The notes below the pieces were generated by a model that had not been told where the DNA came from, ran no database searches, and saw only the letters and a program-made list of their open reading frames with translations. The translations under genes were made by a program, and so were the position numbers. DNA of 64,000 bases. Origin: an uncultured Gammaproteobacteria bacterium. Its GTDB lineage: Bacteria > Pseudomonadota > Gammaproteobacteria > Steroidobacterales > Rariloculaceae. Shown piece by piece: positions 9,516 to 18,587 of the stretch (positions within the stretch are counted from its first letter, which is position 1; every line of letters begins with the position of its first letter). The stretch covers positions 113,832 through 177,831 of the forward strand of contig CAVUKQ010000015.1 of assembly GCA_963742115.1 (NCBI GenBank), read 5' to 3'.

Positions 9516-12500
9516 TTAGAAGCTCACAGCCAGACCGACGTAGTAGCGGCGGCCCAACGTGTCGTAGTTGCCCGCGACTCGTGACACCCATCGCATTCGT
9601 CGGGTTGTTCGCGTTGGTCGGGTTCGCGCCGACGATCGGCGGCTGCTGATCGACGATGTTGTCGACACCGCCGCGCACCCGCATGCGCTCGTTGAATCGC
9701 CACGAGAAGTTCATGTTGAACAGATTGTAGGCCTCGGTGTTCTCCACCGTCAGCGTCGGCGTCTGCACCTTCGCGGAGTTTACCGCCTCGGGCAGGTAGC
9801 GCCAGTTCAAGCCGACGCTGAGCTTGTCTCTGCTGTACGAGAACTGCGTGAACAACCGGTAGTCGTAGTACGAGGTGCCGGCGCCGGCGGTGCCCACGTA
9901 CTCGAGCATCGGTGAATCGGGATCGGCCGCCGCCGGCTGCTGCCACGAGAACAGGTCGTTGATCGACGACTGGATGCCGAACTCGCCGCCGAGCATTTGC
10001 TTGCGCCAGGTCAGGCTCAGATCGAGACCGGACGTATAGCGCTTGCTCAAGTTGAAGTTGCCGCCTTCGACGTAACCCGCGTTGCCGGTCTCCGGATCGC
10101 GGTGAATCGCCTGGCAGAACTCGTTCTCGACGGAGTAGCTCGGGTTGCTGACGCCGTTGACGTTGAAACACTGCTGATACGCGGTCAGGAACCCGAGGCT
10201 GTCGACGACGTCCGCGATCTCGATCTCGTAGAGGTCCGCGGACAGCGTGATGTCGCGATTCTGCGGCTGCCAGATCATGCCGAGGGTATAGGTGTCGCCC
10301 GTTTCGGCGCGCAGCCGAGGATTGCCGGTCGTGAGCAGGCGATAGACGTTGGCCGACTCGCCGCCGTCGATCGGGAAGTTGTCGCGGCCCGCGTCGAAGC
10401 GGTTTTGGCCCGGTATGCCGCCTTCCTTGTAGATGAGCTCGGCGCAGAGCTGCTGCATCGCGGCCCGGTTCGGGTTCGACGCGAGGTTGCCCCACGGGTG
10501 CGTCGTGTCCGCGCGGCATGCGTCGCCGGCCGCCCACGTGTACACCTGGCCGGTCGGGCCCGAGTACAGCTCGGCGACGTTCGGCGTGCGGTTGGCGCGC
10601 TGCCAGCCGCCGCGGAACCGGAAGTTGTCGGTCGCTTCCCAGTTGAACAAGAACTTGTAGGACATCGCGTCGAGCTGGAAGTCGCCGGTTTGGAAGTCCG
10701 AATAACGCGCGCCGATCTCGAGCTCGAACTTGCCCACGACCGGCATCAGGACCTCGCCGTAGACCTCGTCGACGTTGGTCTCGCCCGAGGCAGGCACGGT
10801 CGCGAGGAACAACGCATCGGGCTCGAACACGCTCTCGTTCATGCGCGAGCTCAGGCCGAACGCGCCGCGCAGCTCGCCCGCGGGCATATCGGCGAGCTTG
10901 CCCTGGAAGTTCGCCTCCGCCACGCGTTGGTCCACGACGTTGCTTTTGCGTCATGCGTGCGGTGACGGCGGTGAGGCAGTCCTGCGAGATCTGGAAGTCG
11001 TTGTAGTACTGCGCCTCGCCGTGGTCGCCGAGAATCCAGGGCTCGAACAGCGGCAGACCCGACGTGCAGGTGAAGTCTTGGGTATTCGTGCTGTTCGCGG
11101 CCTGCGCCGTGAAGGCGCCGCCTTTGCCGTAGTTCGGCTGCCGCACGAGATTGGCGTAGCGGTCGAGCCACACGAAGTTCTTCATGTCCGTCAGAAGAAC
11201 CGTCTCGCCGTACGACGTGTAGGCCTCCCACGTCCAATCGGTGTCGCCGATCTTACCGTCGACGCCGACGACGAACTCGGCGAGCTTCGTGTTGTTCGAC
11301 GACGCGCGGTTCGGGTACCAATAGGCGATGCGGCTCAGGGTAAAGTCCGCGTTCGGATTCACGCGAGAATCGAGCAGCGCCCCGAGCTCGGCGGGCACGG
11401 GCCACGCTTCCGAGGTCGTGCAGCCGCCCGTGGGCGCGCAGTTGAGGCCTTTCGAGCCGCCCGGCCGATAGGCAGTCAGCGTGTTGCCTTGCGCGTCGAC
11501 CGACGGCGCGTAGATCGCGCTGCCGTGCGGCACCAGGACGCCCGTGAGCGGCGTCGGGTACAGCACCGTGTCGACCTCCGTCATCACGAACGTTCCCTGC
11601 ACGAACACGGACATCTTGTCCGTGAGGTCGTAGTTCGCGCGGCCGAATGAGGAGTAACGGGTCAGCGGCGTGGACGCGTACGAGCGCGGGCTGCCCTCCT
11701 CCAAGCTGCCGTTGTGAGTCCGGATCTTGTAGGGAAACGTCTGTGGTCCCGTATAGGCGAGCGCGTTCTGCTGCCGGAACACCGTGGCGTCCAACGGATT
11801 GGTGTAGAAGTCCACGGTGCGCGATTGGTTCGTCGTGGTGCCGAGCACCTGATTCACGACGGCCTGCGACGGCAGGTTGTTGGCCGCCGGCGTGTAGTAC
11901 GGGTAGTCGATGCGCGGATAGTTCGCGGGCGTGCCGGGGTCGTTGAAGCCCTCGACGAAGAAGTCCCGGTTCATCTCCCACGCGGGCTCGCGGTTCGCAT
12001 AGCCGACGCTGAACATCGCGTTGCCGCGGTCCTCGTCGAAGTTGCCGCCGACCAGGACGTCGAAGCGGCTCTCTTCACCGTCGTTCGCATCCGTGAAGCC
12101 GGTTTGATAGTTGATGTCGATGCCTTCGAAGTCCTTTCTCAACTTGAAGTTGACGACGCCGGCCATCGCGTCCGGGCCGTAGGTGGCTGCGGCACCGCCG
12201 CTGATGACTTCGACGTCCGCGATCGCGGCGGCCGGAAGCGTGTTGACGTCCACCGTCATTGCGGCGTTGACGGGCTGCGCGCGCCGGCCGTCGAGCAGCA
12301 CGAGACTGCGGTTCGCGCCGAGGCCGCGCATGTTGAGCGTCGAGGCGCCGGGCGACGTCGTCGCCGTCGGCTGAATCTCGCCGGTCGTGAACTGCGTGGC
12401 CCCGGGGTTGAATTGCGGGTACTGATTCAGAACGGCTTCGATCGCGACGCTGCTGTTCTGCTGAAAGACCTCGGTGCCGACGGTGATGATCGGGCTCGGT

Positions 12501-12730
12501 GCATCGAAGTCGCGGCGCACGATGCGCGAGCCGGTCACGAGCACTTCCTCGAGCTTTTCGGTGCCCGGTTGCTGCTGTTGGCCGAAAGCCGGGCCACCGG
12601 CGCCCACTCCGGCCGCGATTGCGCACAGAGCGGCGGCAATCGGTGTGAGCTCTAAGCGCGCGAGCGACGCGCGATTGTTTCGTACGGCAGACCTACTTGC
12701 GGCAGGAATAACAGAAGGTGGAGAAACCAT
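9516..12730 (-). pseudogene. TonB-dependent receptor, frame broken twice (about 10944-10947 and about 9571-9573)
   Basis: Plug plus barrel N-terminus is in the frame of ORF 9524..12730 up to ...TARMTQ. The middle part (NVVDQRVAEANFQGK...PTNAMGVTSRG) is in the frame of ORF 8983..10935. The C-terminal NYDTLGRRYYVGLAVSF* is in the third frame, with its stop at 9516. Paralogous to the receptor at 50648..54251. Confidence 0.85.
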
Positions 12731-12927
12731 TGACGCCCCCGATTATGACTTTTGTATATTGTTTTCCGTGCTGGACGGATTTATAGAACAGAGCATGACA
12801 CGACCCCCAATGCCCGGCTTCGTGCTCGCGGAACGCTGTGAGCATTGCGCTCGACCAGCCTCGCGATTCTCGATGCTCCGTCCGCGTCCGTAGGGTTGAT
12901 AGGCCCGCGGAAGTTCTACTAGCTGGT

Positions 12928-12939
12928 GATACTAGTATC
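12928..12939. promoter_or_regulatory. perfect 12-bp AT-rich palindrome GATACTAGTATC, candidate operator
   Basis: Lies in the 446-bp divergent region between the TBDR operon and the MmyB-like regulator. The neighbouring TACTAG is repeated 13 nt upstream (12917). Confidence 0.3.
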
Positions 12940-13176
12940 TGAAATACCACCATTCGGCTGACGAACCGGATGGACTGGCGGGGGACGAATGGCGCTGCGC
13001 GCCTGGGGTGCCGCAGCTTGGTCAAGCGCTCGAACGATCGCGGATCGATCGAGCCCGCGCGCCTCGTGGGCGGCGTCATGCGGCGAAATAGGTATGGAAA
13101 AAGCGGTTCAAGCGCGCATCCTGCTGTAACGTTTTAGCGGATCCGCTCGATTCGACCGCGCACTCAACCGGGGGGT

Positions 13177-14073
13177 ATGGGGGCAATGGCGGCACGTAAG
13201 GAACAGATCAGAGAGCTTCTCAGGCGCGCGCGTGCGCGCATCGATCCGACGGAAGTGGGCTTCCGCCAGGCCGAGAGGCGCCGGAGCCCGGGCCTGCGCC
13301 GCGAGGATGCAGCCGTGCTCGCGGGCATGAGCCTCAAGTGGTACACGTGGCTCGAGCAGGGCCGAGACATCAACTTCTCGCTCGACGTGCTCGATCGGGT
13401 GTCGCGCGCGCTGCGGCTGTCCTCGGCCGAGCGCGAATACCTTCTCGGGCTCATGCAGCGGCGCGCAGCGCCGAGCGTCGACCGCGGCGACACGCTGACC
13501 GAAACCGTTTGGCGCACGGTGCAATTCGTGCCGGTGCCCGCGCTGGTGATGACGCTGCGCTGGGACATCGTCGCGTGGAACCATCTGATCTCGCGGATCT
13601 ACCGCGATTACTCGACCGTTCCGCGGAGCGAGCGCAATCTGCTGCGGATCATCCTCACGGATCAGAAATATCAGAGCGATCCGCAGTCGTACGACGTGAT
13701 CGCGCGCAAGCTGCTCGGCGAGTTCCGCGTCGATTTCGGCCAATACGCCGGCGACCCCGCGTTCGAGCAACTCGTCGAGGAGCTCAAGCAGACCGTCCCC
13801 GGGTTCGAGCAGCGCTGGAACGACGTGGAGATCTGCAACTCGCCGCGCGGCAGCATCGTGCAGCACGACGAGCTCGGCGAGCTGTCGTTCGATCGCGTCT
13901 CCTATCTGCCCGAAGGGAGCACGTTCCTGCGCGTGATTATGTTTACGCCGCGCGACCCGCAAACGGCGCGAACCCTCGACGCGATTCGCGCAGAGAAGGG
14001 CGTGGGGTCGTCGTCGCCCAAGGCGAGCCAGGTCAGCGAGTTCGAAGTCCTGCGCCACACCAATCGTCACTAG
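13177..14073 (+). CDS. XRE-family HTH regulator with MmyB-like ligand-binding domain
   Basis: N-terminal HTH (RREDAAVLAGMSLKWYTWLEQGR) followed by the SAEREYLLGL segment typical of MmyB-like regulators. 298 aa, intact. Confidence 0.75.
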   Translation: MGAMAARKEQIRELLRRARARIDPTEVGFRQAERRRSPGLRREDAAVLAGMSLKWYTWLEQGRDINFSLDVLDRVSRALRLSSAEREYLLGLMQRRAAPSVDRGDTLTETVWRTVQFVPVPALVMTLRWDIVAWNHLISRIYRDYSTVPRSERNLLRIILTDQKYQSDPQSYDVIARKLLGEFRVDFGQYAGDPAFEQLVEELKQTVPGFEQRWNDVEICNSPRGSIVQHDELGELSFDRVSYLPEGSTFLRVIMFTPRDPQTARTLDAIRAEKGVGSSSPKASQVSEFEVLRHTNRH

Positions 14074-14284
14074 CGGTCGGCGAAGACGCGCGGCTCGCTT
14101 GCACGGCGCGGCGAGCCGCCTTCATAATCGCCGGACTATGACGTCCTCGATCCCACGCTTCGACAGCGCCTTCGCCCCGATCCCGGGCTCGATCCTGCGC
14201 GCGCCCTCTTTCGTACTCGACCTCGTAGTCGTAGCGAAGATGCGCGCTGGCCGGGTTTAGAGAGACGTAACGAACGAATCAAAA

Positions 14285-14320
14285 CCCCCGCCGGTGCGAA
14301 CCGGCGGGGGTTTTCTGTTT
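14285..14320 (+). terminator. intrinsic terminator hairpin (possible attenuator)
   Basis: CCCCCGCCGG-tgcgaa-CCGGCGGGGG followed by TTTTCTGTTT. Located about 50 nt upstream of the ALS start codon. Confidence 0.6.
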
Positions 14321-14368
14321 CTAGGGCTCCTGCCGGCAACGCCGGAAAAAACACGAGGAGCTCCTGTC

Positions 14369-16083
14369 ATGACACGCCACACGGGCGCAGAGATCACAGT
14401 CCGCTTGCTGGAGCGGCAAGACGTCGCAACGATCGCGGGCATTCCGGGCGGCGCCGTCCTGCCGCTCTACGACGCGCTCGCACGCTCGCCGCACGATTCG
14501 CCACGTGCTCGCGCGCCACGAACAAGGCGCCGGCTTCATCGCCCAAGGCATCGCACGCGTGACGGGACGGCCCGGTGTCTGCATCGCGTCGTCGGGCCCC
14601 GGCGCCACGAATTTGCTCACGGCCATCGCCGACGCGAAGCTCGACTCGATTCCGCTCGTCGCGATCACGGGCCAAGTGCCGCGCGCGATGATCGGCACCG
14701 ACGCGTTCCAAGAGGTCGACACGTTCGGTCTCTCGCTGCCCATCACGAAGCACAACTATCTCGTCCAAACCGCGAGCGATCTCACGCGCGTGATTCCGGA
14801 GGCGTTCGCGATCGCTTCGTCGGGGCGGCCCGGCCCCGTGCTGATCGACATTCCGAAAGACGTGCAGACCGAGATGGCCGAAGTCGCGGACTGGCCCGAT
14901 CCCGGCGCAGCGGCCCCGCTCCGAGCCGCGCCGGACTCGGCGATCGAGCGCGCGGCTGCGATGATCGAGGCCGCCGAACGGCCGATTCTCTACCTCGGCG
15001 GCGGCATCGTGCACTCGGGCGCGGCGTCGGCCGCGGTCGCAGTCGCCGAGCGCTCGGCGCTGCCGACGGTGATGACGTTGATGGGGCTCGGCGCGCTGCC
15101 GACGAATCACCGGCTGTCGCTCGGCATGCTCGGGATGCACGGCGCGCCGTACACGAATCGCGCGCTCGACGAGTGCGACCTCCTGATCGCCGTCGGTGCA
15201 CGGTTCGACGATCGGGCGACCGGCAAGCTCACGGAGTTCTGTCCGCGCGCCGCGGTGATCCACGTCGACATCGATGCCGCCGAGCTCGGCAAGCTCCGGA
15301 GCCCCGAGCTGGCGATTCGCGGCGACGCGCGCGGCGTGCTCGACCGCTTGCTCCCGCGGCTGCGCGAGCGCCCGCGCTCGCGCTGGCTTGCGCGCGTCGC
15401 GCAATTGCAGCGCCGCCACCCGCTGCACCTTCCGGAGCGTCGATTCGGTGCGCAGCCCCTATGGGCTCATCCGCGCCGTCGCGGCGGCACTCGATGACGA
15501 TGCGATCGTCACGACGGACGTGGGTCAACACCAGATGTGGGTCGCGCAGGCATTCCCGCTGCGCCGCGCGCGCAGCTGGCTCACCTCGGGCGGCCTCGGC
15601 ACGATGGGTTTCGGCTTGCCGGCCGCGATCGGCGCCGCGCTCGCGGCACCCGATCGAACGGTCGTGTGCTTCTCGGGCGACGGTTCGATCCTGATGAACC
15701 TGCAGGAGCTCGCGACCGCCGCGGAGGAGGACGTGAACGTGAAGATCGTGCTGATGAACAACCGCTCGCTCGGGCTCGTGTATCAGCAACAGACGTTGTT
15801 CTACGGCCGACGCGTGTTCGCGTCTGCGTATCGCAAGTCGCCGGACTTCGTCGCGTTGATGCGTGGATTCGGGATCGAAGCGCTCGATCTCGACGGCGCG
15901 CGCGACGCACGGGGCGCGCTCGCGGCCGCGCTGCGCCGACCCGGGCCATGCCTGATTCACGCGACGATCGACACCGCGGAGCAAGTGCTGCCGATGGTGC
16001 CGCCGGGCGCGGCCAACACGCAAATGATCGTGCGAGGAGCGCGAGCCGAGCCACACGAGCTCGAGACCGTCGCGACGGAATGA
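14369..16083 (+). pseudogene. ilvG: acetolactate synthase large subunit (IlvG-like), frame broken twice (about 14486-14496 and about 15425-15450)
   Basis: GAGGAG RBS plus ATG at 14369. MTRHTGAEITVRLLERQDVATIAGIPGGAVLPLYDALARSP / IRHVLARHEQGAGF...PGPVLIDIPKDVQ... / ...SPYGLIRAVAAAL...TTDVGQHQMW...GLGTMGFGLPAAIGA... lie in three successive frames. Confidence 0.85.
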
Positions 16084-16105
16084 CCGGCGCCTGGCCGACG
16101 AGGCC

Positions 16106-16139
16106 GTGCCGATCCCGGCTCTCGCAGCCGGGTCGGCAC
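16106..16139. terminator. GC-rich hairpin between convergent genes
   Basis: GTGCCGATCCCGGCT-ctcgc-AGCCGGGTCGGCAC with one bulge and no clear U-tract. Confidence 0.35.
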
Positions 16140-16186
16140 ATCGAGGTGGCCAGCCTAGGCGAGGCGCGGCGAGCGCGCCGAGCCCA

Positions 16187-16555
16187 CTAGCGGCGGCGCT
16201 TGGTCTTCTTCTTGTTCGTCTTCTTGTTGTTCTTGGGGGCCTTCGCCGACTTCTTTGCGCCCGCGCGTTGCGCTTTCTTTGCAGACTTCTTCTTGCCGGA
16301 CTTTTTCGCCACTTTCTTTGCGACTTTCTTGGCGGACTTCTTTTTCGCGGTCTTCTTCTTGCCGACCTTGCTACCCTTCTTCGCCGCGCCTTTCTTCGGG
16401 GCTTTCTTCGGGGCAGCCTTTGCGGCCTTCTTCGGCTTGACCTTCGCGGGCTCCACAACCTTGGCTACTTTTGCGGGCACCGGCTTCGGCGCCGCGGCCG
16501 CCGCAGGCTTCGCCGGCTGTGGGGCCGCTGCAGGCTTCGCCGCCTGCGAGGCCAC
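16187..16555 (-). CDS. Lys/Ala/Pro-rich histone-H1/AlgP-like ORF, probably the displaced C-terminal tail of the upstream VOC protein
   Basis: AAKPAAAPQPAKP repeats followed by KKAAKAAPKKAPKKGAAKK...KKTKRRR. This frame stays open upstream into the VOC gene. Confidence 0.5.
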   Translation of the reverse strand: MASQAAKPAAAPQPAKPAAAAAPKPVPAKVAKVVEPAKVKPKKAAKAAPKKAPKKGAAKKGSKVGKKKTAKKKSAKKVAKKVAKKSGKKKSAKKAQRAGAKKSAKAPKNNKKTNKKKTKRRR

Positions 16556-17400
16556 TGCCGGTTTCGGCGGCTTCGGGGCCGCTGCCGGTTTCGGCGGCGT
16601 TTCGGGGCCGCTGCCTTCTTGGCCGGGGCGGCCTGCACGTCCTCCGCGAGCGTGTGCCCGGCGAAGAACGCGCCGTGCGGATCCGTGAACTGCGCGATGC
16701 GATGGCCGCCCGGGACCGCCATCGGGCCGTTCAGGACCTGGCCGCGCGCGGCTTTCACGTCGTCGGCCATCTTGTCCACGTTCTTCGTCCGCACGTAGCC
16801 GACCCAGTACGCCGGTCCGGGCTTGCCCAAGTCGCCCTTCTTGAACATGCCGCCGAGCTGCTTGCCGTTTCGCCCGAACAGAAGGTAGATGCCGATCGAT
16901 CCCATGTCGTGTTGGCCGAGATCGTCCCAGCCGAACAGCTCTTTGTAGAACGCAAACGCGTCCACGGGGTCGACGGTCGTCGCGAGCTCGTGCCAGCAGA
17001 ACTCGCCCTCTTGCGGGTCGGTCTCCGGACGCGGCTCACCGGGCGAACCGTGCACGCCGAACGTCGCGCCGTTCGGGTCGGTGAGCACCGCGTAGCGGCC
17101 CGCGTTCGGCAGCGTCTCCGGCTCTTTCGCGACTTTGGCCCCGAGACGCTTCGCCGTCTCGACCGTCGCGTCCACGTCGAGCGTGCCGATGTACGGCACC
17201 CACTGCGGCACACCGTCGCGTGTCTCGACCGACGCCCCGAGCGGACCCGTCGGCGCGGCAAACATTCGATACGAGGGGTCCTGCTCCCAGCCCTGAGTCT
17301 TCCAACCAGCCGTCTTCGAATAGAACTCGTGCGCCCCGTCGCCGTTCGGCGTGTAGAGCTCGTGCCAGACAAAGCGCCCGCGTACGGTGTTATCGGCCAT
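16465..17400 (-). CDS. VOC (glyoxalase/bleomycin-resistance fold) family protein, two tandem VOC domains, 3' end out of frame
   Basis: AAGGGGA RBS plus ATG at 17400. MADNTVRGRFVWHELYT...FCWHELAT.... After ...AEDVQAAPAKKAAAPK the frame turns into Arg-rich nonsense that is out of frame with the KAP repeats. Confidence 0.75.
   Translation of the reverse strand: MADNTVRGRFVWHELYTPNGDGAHEFYSKTAGWKTQGWEQDPSYRMFAAPTGPLGASVETRDGVPQWVPYIGTLDVDATVETAKRLGAKVAKEPETLPNAGRYAVLTDPNGATFGVHGSPGEPRPETDPQEGEFCWHELATTVDPVDAFAFYKELFGWDDLGQHDMGSIGIYLLFGRNGKQLGGMFKKGDLGKPGPAYWVGYVRTKNVDKMADDVKAARGQVLNGPMAVPGGHRIAQFTDPHGAFFAGHTLAEDVQAAPAKKAAAPKRRRNRQRPRSRRNRQWPRRRRSLQRPHSRRSLRRPRRRSRCPQK
16501..16610. repeat. four tandem 27-nt (9-codon) coding repeats, the last unit being 29 nt
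   Basis: Units at 16501-16527, 16528-16554, 16555-16581 and 16582-16610. Units 3 and 4 are identical except for an extra GT at 16599-16600. Confidence 0.7.
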
Positions 17401-17556
17401 CGAATTCCCCTTGTTGTTTTGGGTGTGATCGAAACACCGATCATAGCCCATGATGCGCTCGAGACCAGGATGGTCTCGAGCGCTCGACGCCTGGCGGAAC
17501 GGACAGTCTCGGGCGAGCTCCGCGAGAAGCGTCGGCGCGAGATCGCGCTGCGCGCG

Positions 17557-17967
17557 CTAGGGCGATCGGCGCAGCGGCAGCAGCGCGCGTACGCGCGCGT
17601 CTCGCAGGTACAGGCCGCCCCAGAGCAAGAGCCCGAGGTAGACGCCGAACAGGTCGTGCGTGAGCAGCGGGCTGCCCACGCGTAGGTGCGTTGCGACGGC
17701 GCCGCCGAGATAGCCAGTCGTGAGGATCGCGCCGAGCACCGCCGTCTGCGGCGCGGCGTACAACAAGGTGCAGACGAGCAGCAGCGCGCCGAGCGTGCGC
17801 GCCATTTCCGCCCCGGCGAAACCGAGCGGCCCGCTGGTTTCGAGAACGATCGGCAGCGCGAGCAGCTTCATCGTCGCGTCCATGAGCAGGAAGGCGATCA
17901 CGAGCCCGCTCATCACCCAACCGATCCAGAATGCCCGGCCGCGGTCCGATTGCACGTCGTTCGCCAT
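17557..17967 (-). CDS. DoxX-like small membrane protein
   Basis: ATG at 17967. 136 aa with four hydrophobic helices. The family assignment is by resemblance only. Confidence 0.5.
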   Translation of the reverse strand: MANDVQSDRGRAFWIGWVMSGLVIAFLLMDATMKLLALPIVLETSGPLGFAGAEMARTLGALLLVCTLLYAAPQTAVLGAILTTGYLGGAVATHLRVGSPLLTHDLFGVYLGLLLWGGLYLRDARVRALLPLRRSP

Positions 17968-18182
17968 CGCTTGCTCCTCGCCCGTGTGATCCTCGTGACC
18001 GATCGGCTCGTCGCTCGTCGTCGATCGAGCGGCCCGCGAATTCTTCCCGAACGGCGATTCGGGCTCGCATCCCGCGTCGGCGGCGATGAGCACGGCGTAC
18101 TTCACAAGATTCTGCAGCCGCTCACAAGAGTCGGGCGCCGCGCGCCCGTGCTCGTTCGGCCGGAGGCGAGCCGCTCGCCGGT

Positions 18183-18374
18183 CTAGATTCGGGTCGCCGA
18201 CTTGGGTCCGAGCAGCCACCAAAGGATCAGACCGAGCAGCGGCAACAGCAGGATCACGACGACCCAGAGGACCTTCGTCCCCGTCGTCGCGCTGCTCCCG
18301 ATCGTCTTCACGATGGCGTAGACATCCAAGACCAGCAATATCAGGCCCAGCAGGCCGCTGACTTCAACGTGCAT
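18183..18374 (-). CDS. PLDc_N-domain small membrane protein
   Basis: 63 aa. LLVLDVYAIVKT...KVLWVVVILLLPLLGLILWWLLGPK matches the PLD-nuclease N-terminal domain pattern. Confidence 0.65.
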   Translation of the reverse strand: MHVEVSGLLGLILLVLDVYAIVKTIGSSATTGTKVLWVVVILLLPLLGLILWWLLGPKSATRI

Positions 18375-18587
18375 AACGCTCCCTTCACTTCACTTCCGAA
18401 GCAGGAGTGTGGGAGCAATATCCGTGCCAGACAATGCGGCGCGCGCGCACGCAGCGGCGACGGTCGCCGAACGCTCGTGCGCGGCGACTGCGCGCTCGAC
18501 GACGTGTGGCGCCGCGCCGCTCGACGGGTACACTCGGCGCTGGTCCGTGCAGGACCAATTTTTTCGACGCACCGCAGCATGTAAAGG

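Noticed and set aside
12731-13176. Possible riboswitch (cobalamin or TPP) in the 5' region of the TonB-dependent receptor operon.
   Set aside because: I could not find a B12-box-like or TPP (CTGAGA / ACCTGATCTGGATAATGCCAGCG-like) core on either strand. Only a formal covariance-model scan could settle this.
16080-16190. 36-codon ORF starting with an ATGA overlap at the ALS stop, considered as a possible ilvM-like small subunit.
   Set aside because: It is too short, Arg-rich, and has no resemblance to IlvM or IlvN. It also overlaps the terminator-like hairpin.
15229-16458. 409-aa Arg-rich minus-strand ORF spanning the ALS 3' half and the Lys-rich tail region.
   Set aside because: It is an out-of-frame reading of the KAP-repeat DNA plus the antisense of the ALS gene, and it has no protein-like features.
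16501-16610. Tandem 27-nt repeats considered as a possible CRISPR-like or non-coding repeat array.
   Set aside because: The units are directly adjacent without spacers and encode an in-frame A/K/P peptide repeat. This is a coding low-complexity repeat.
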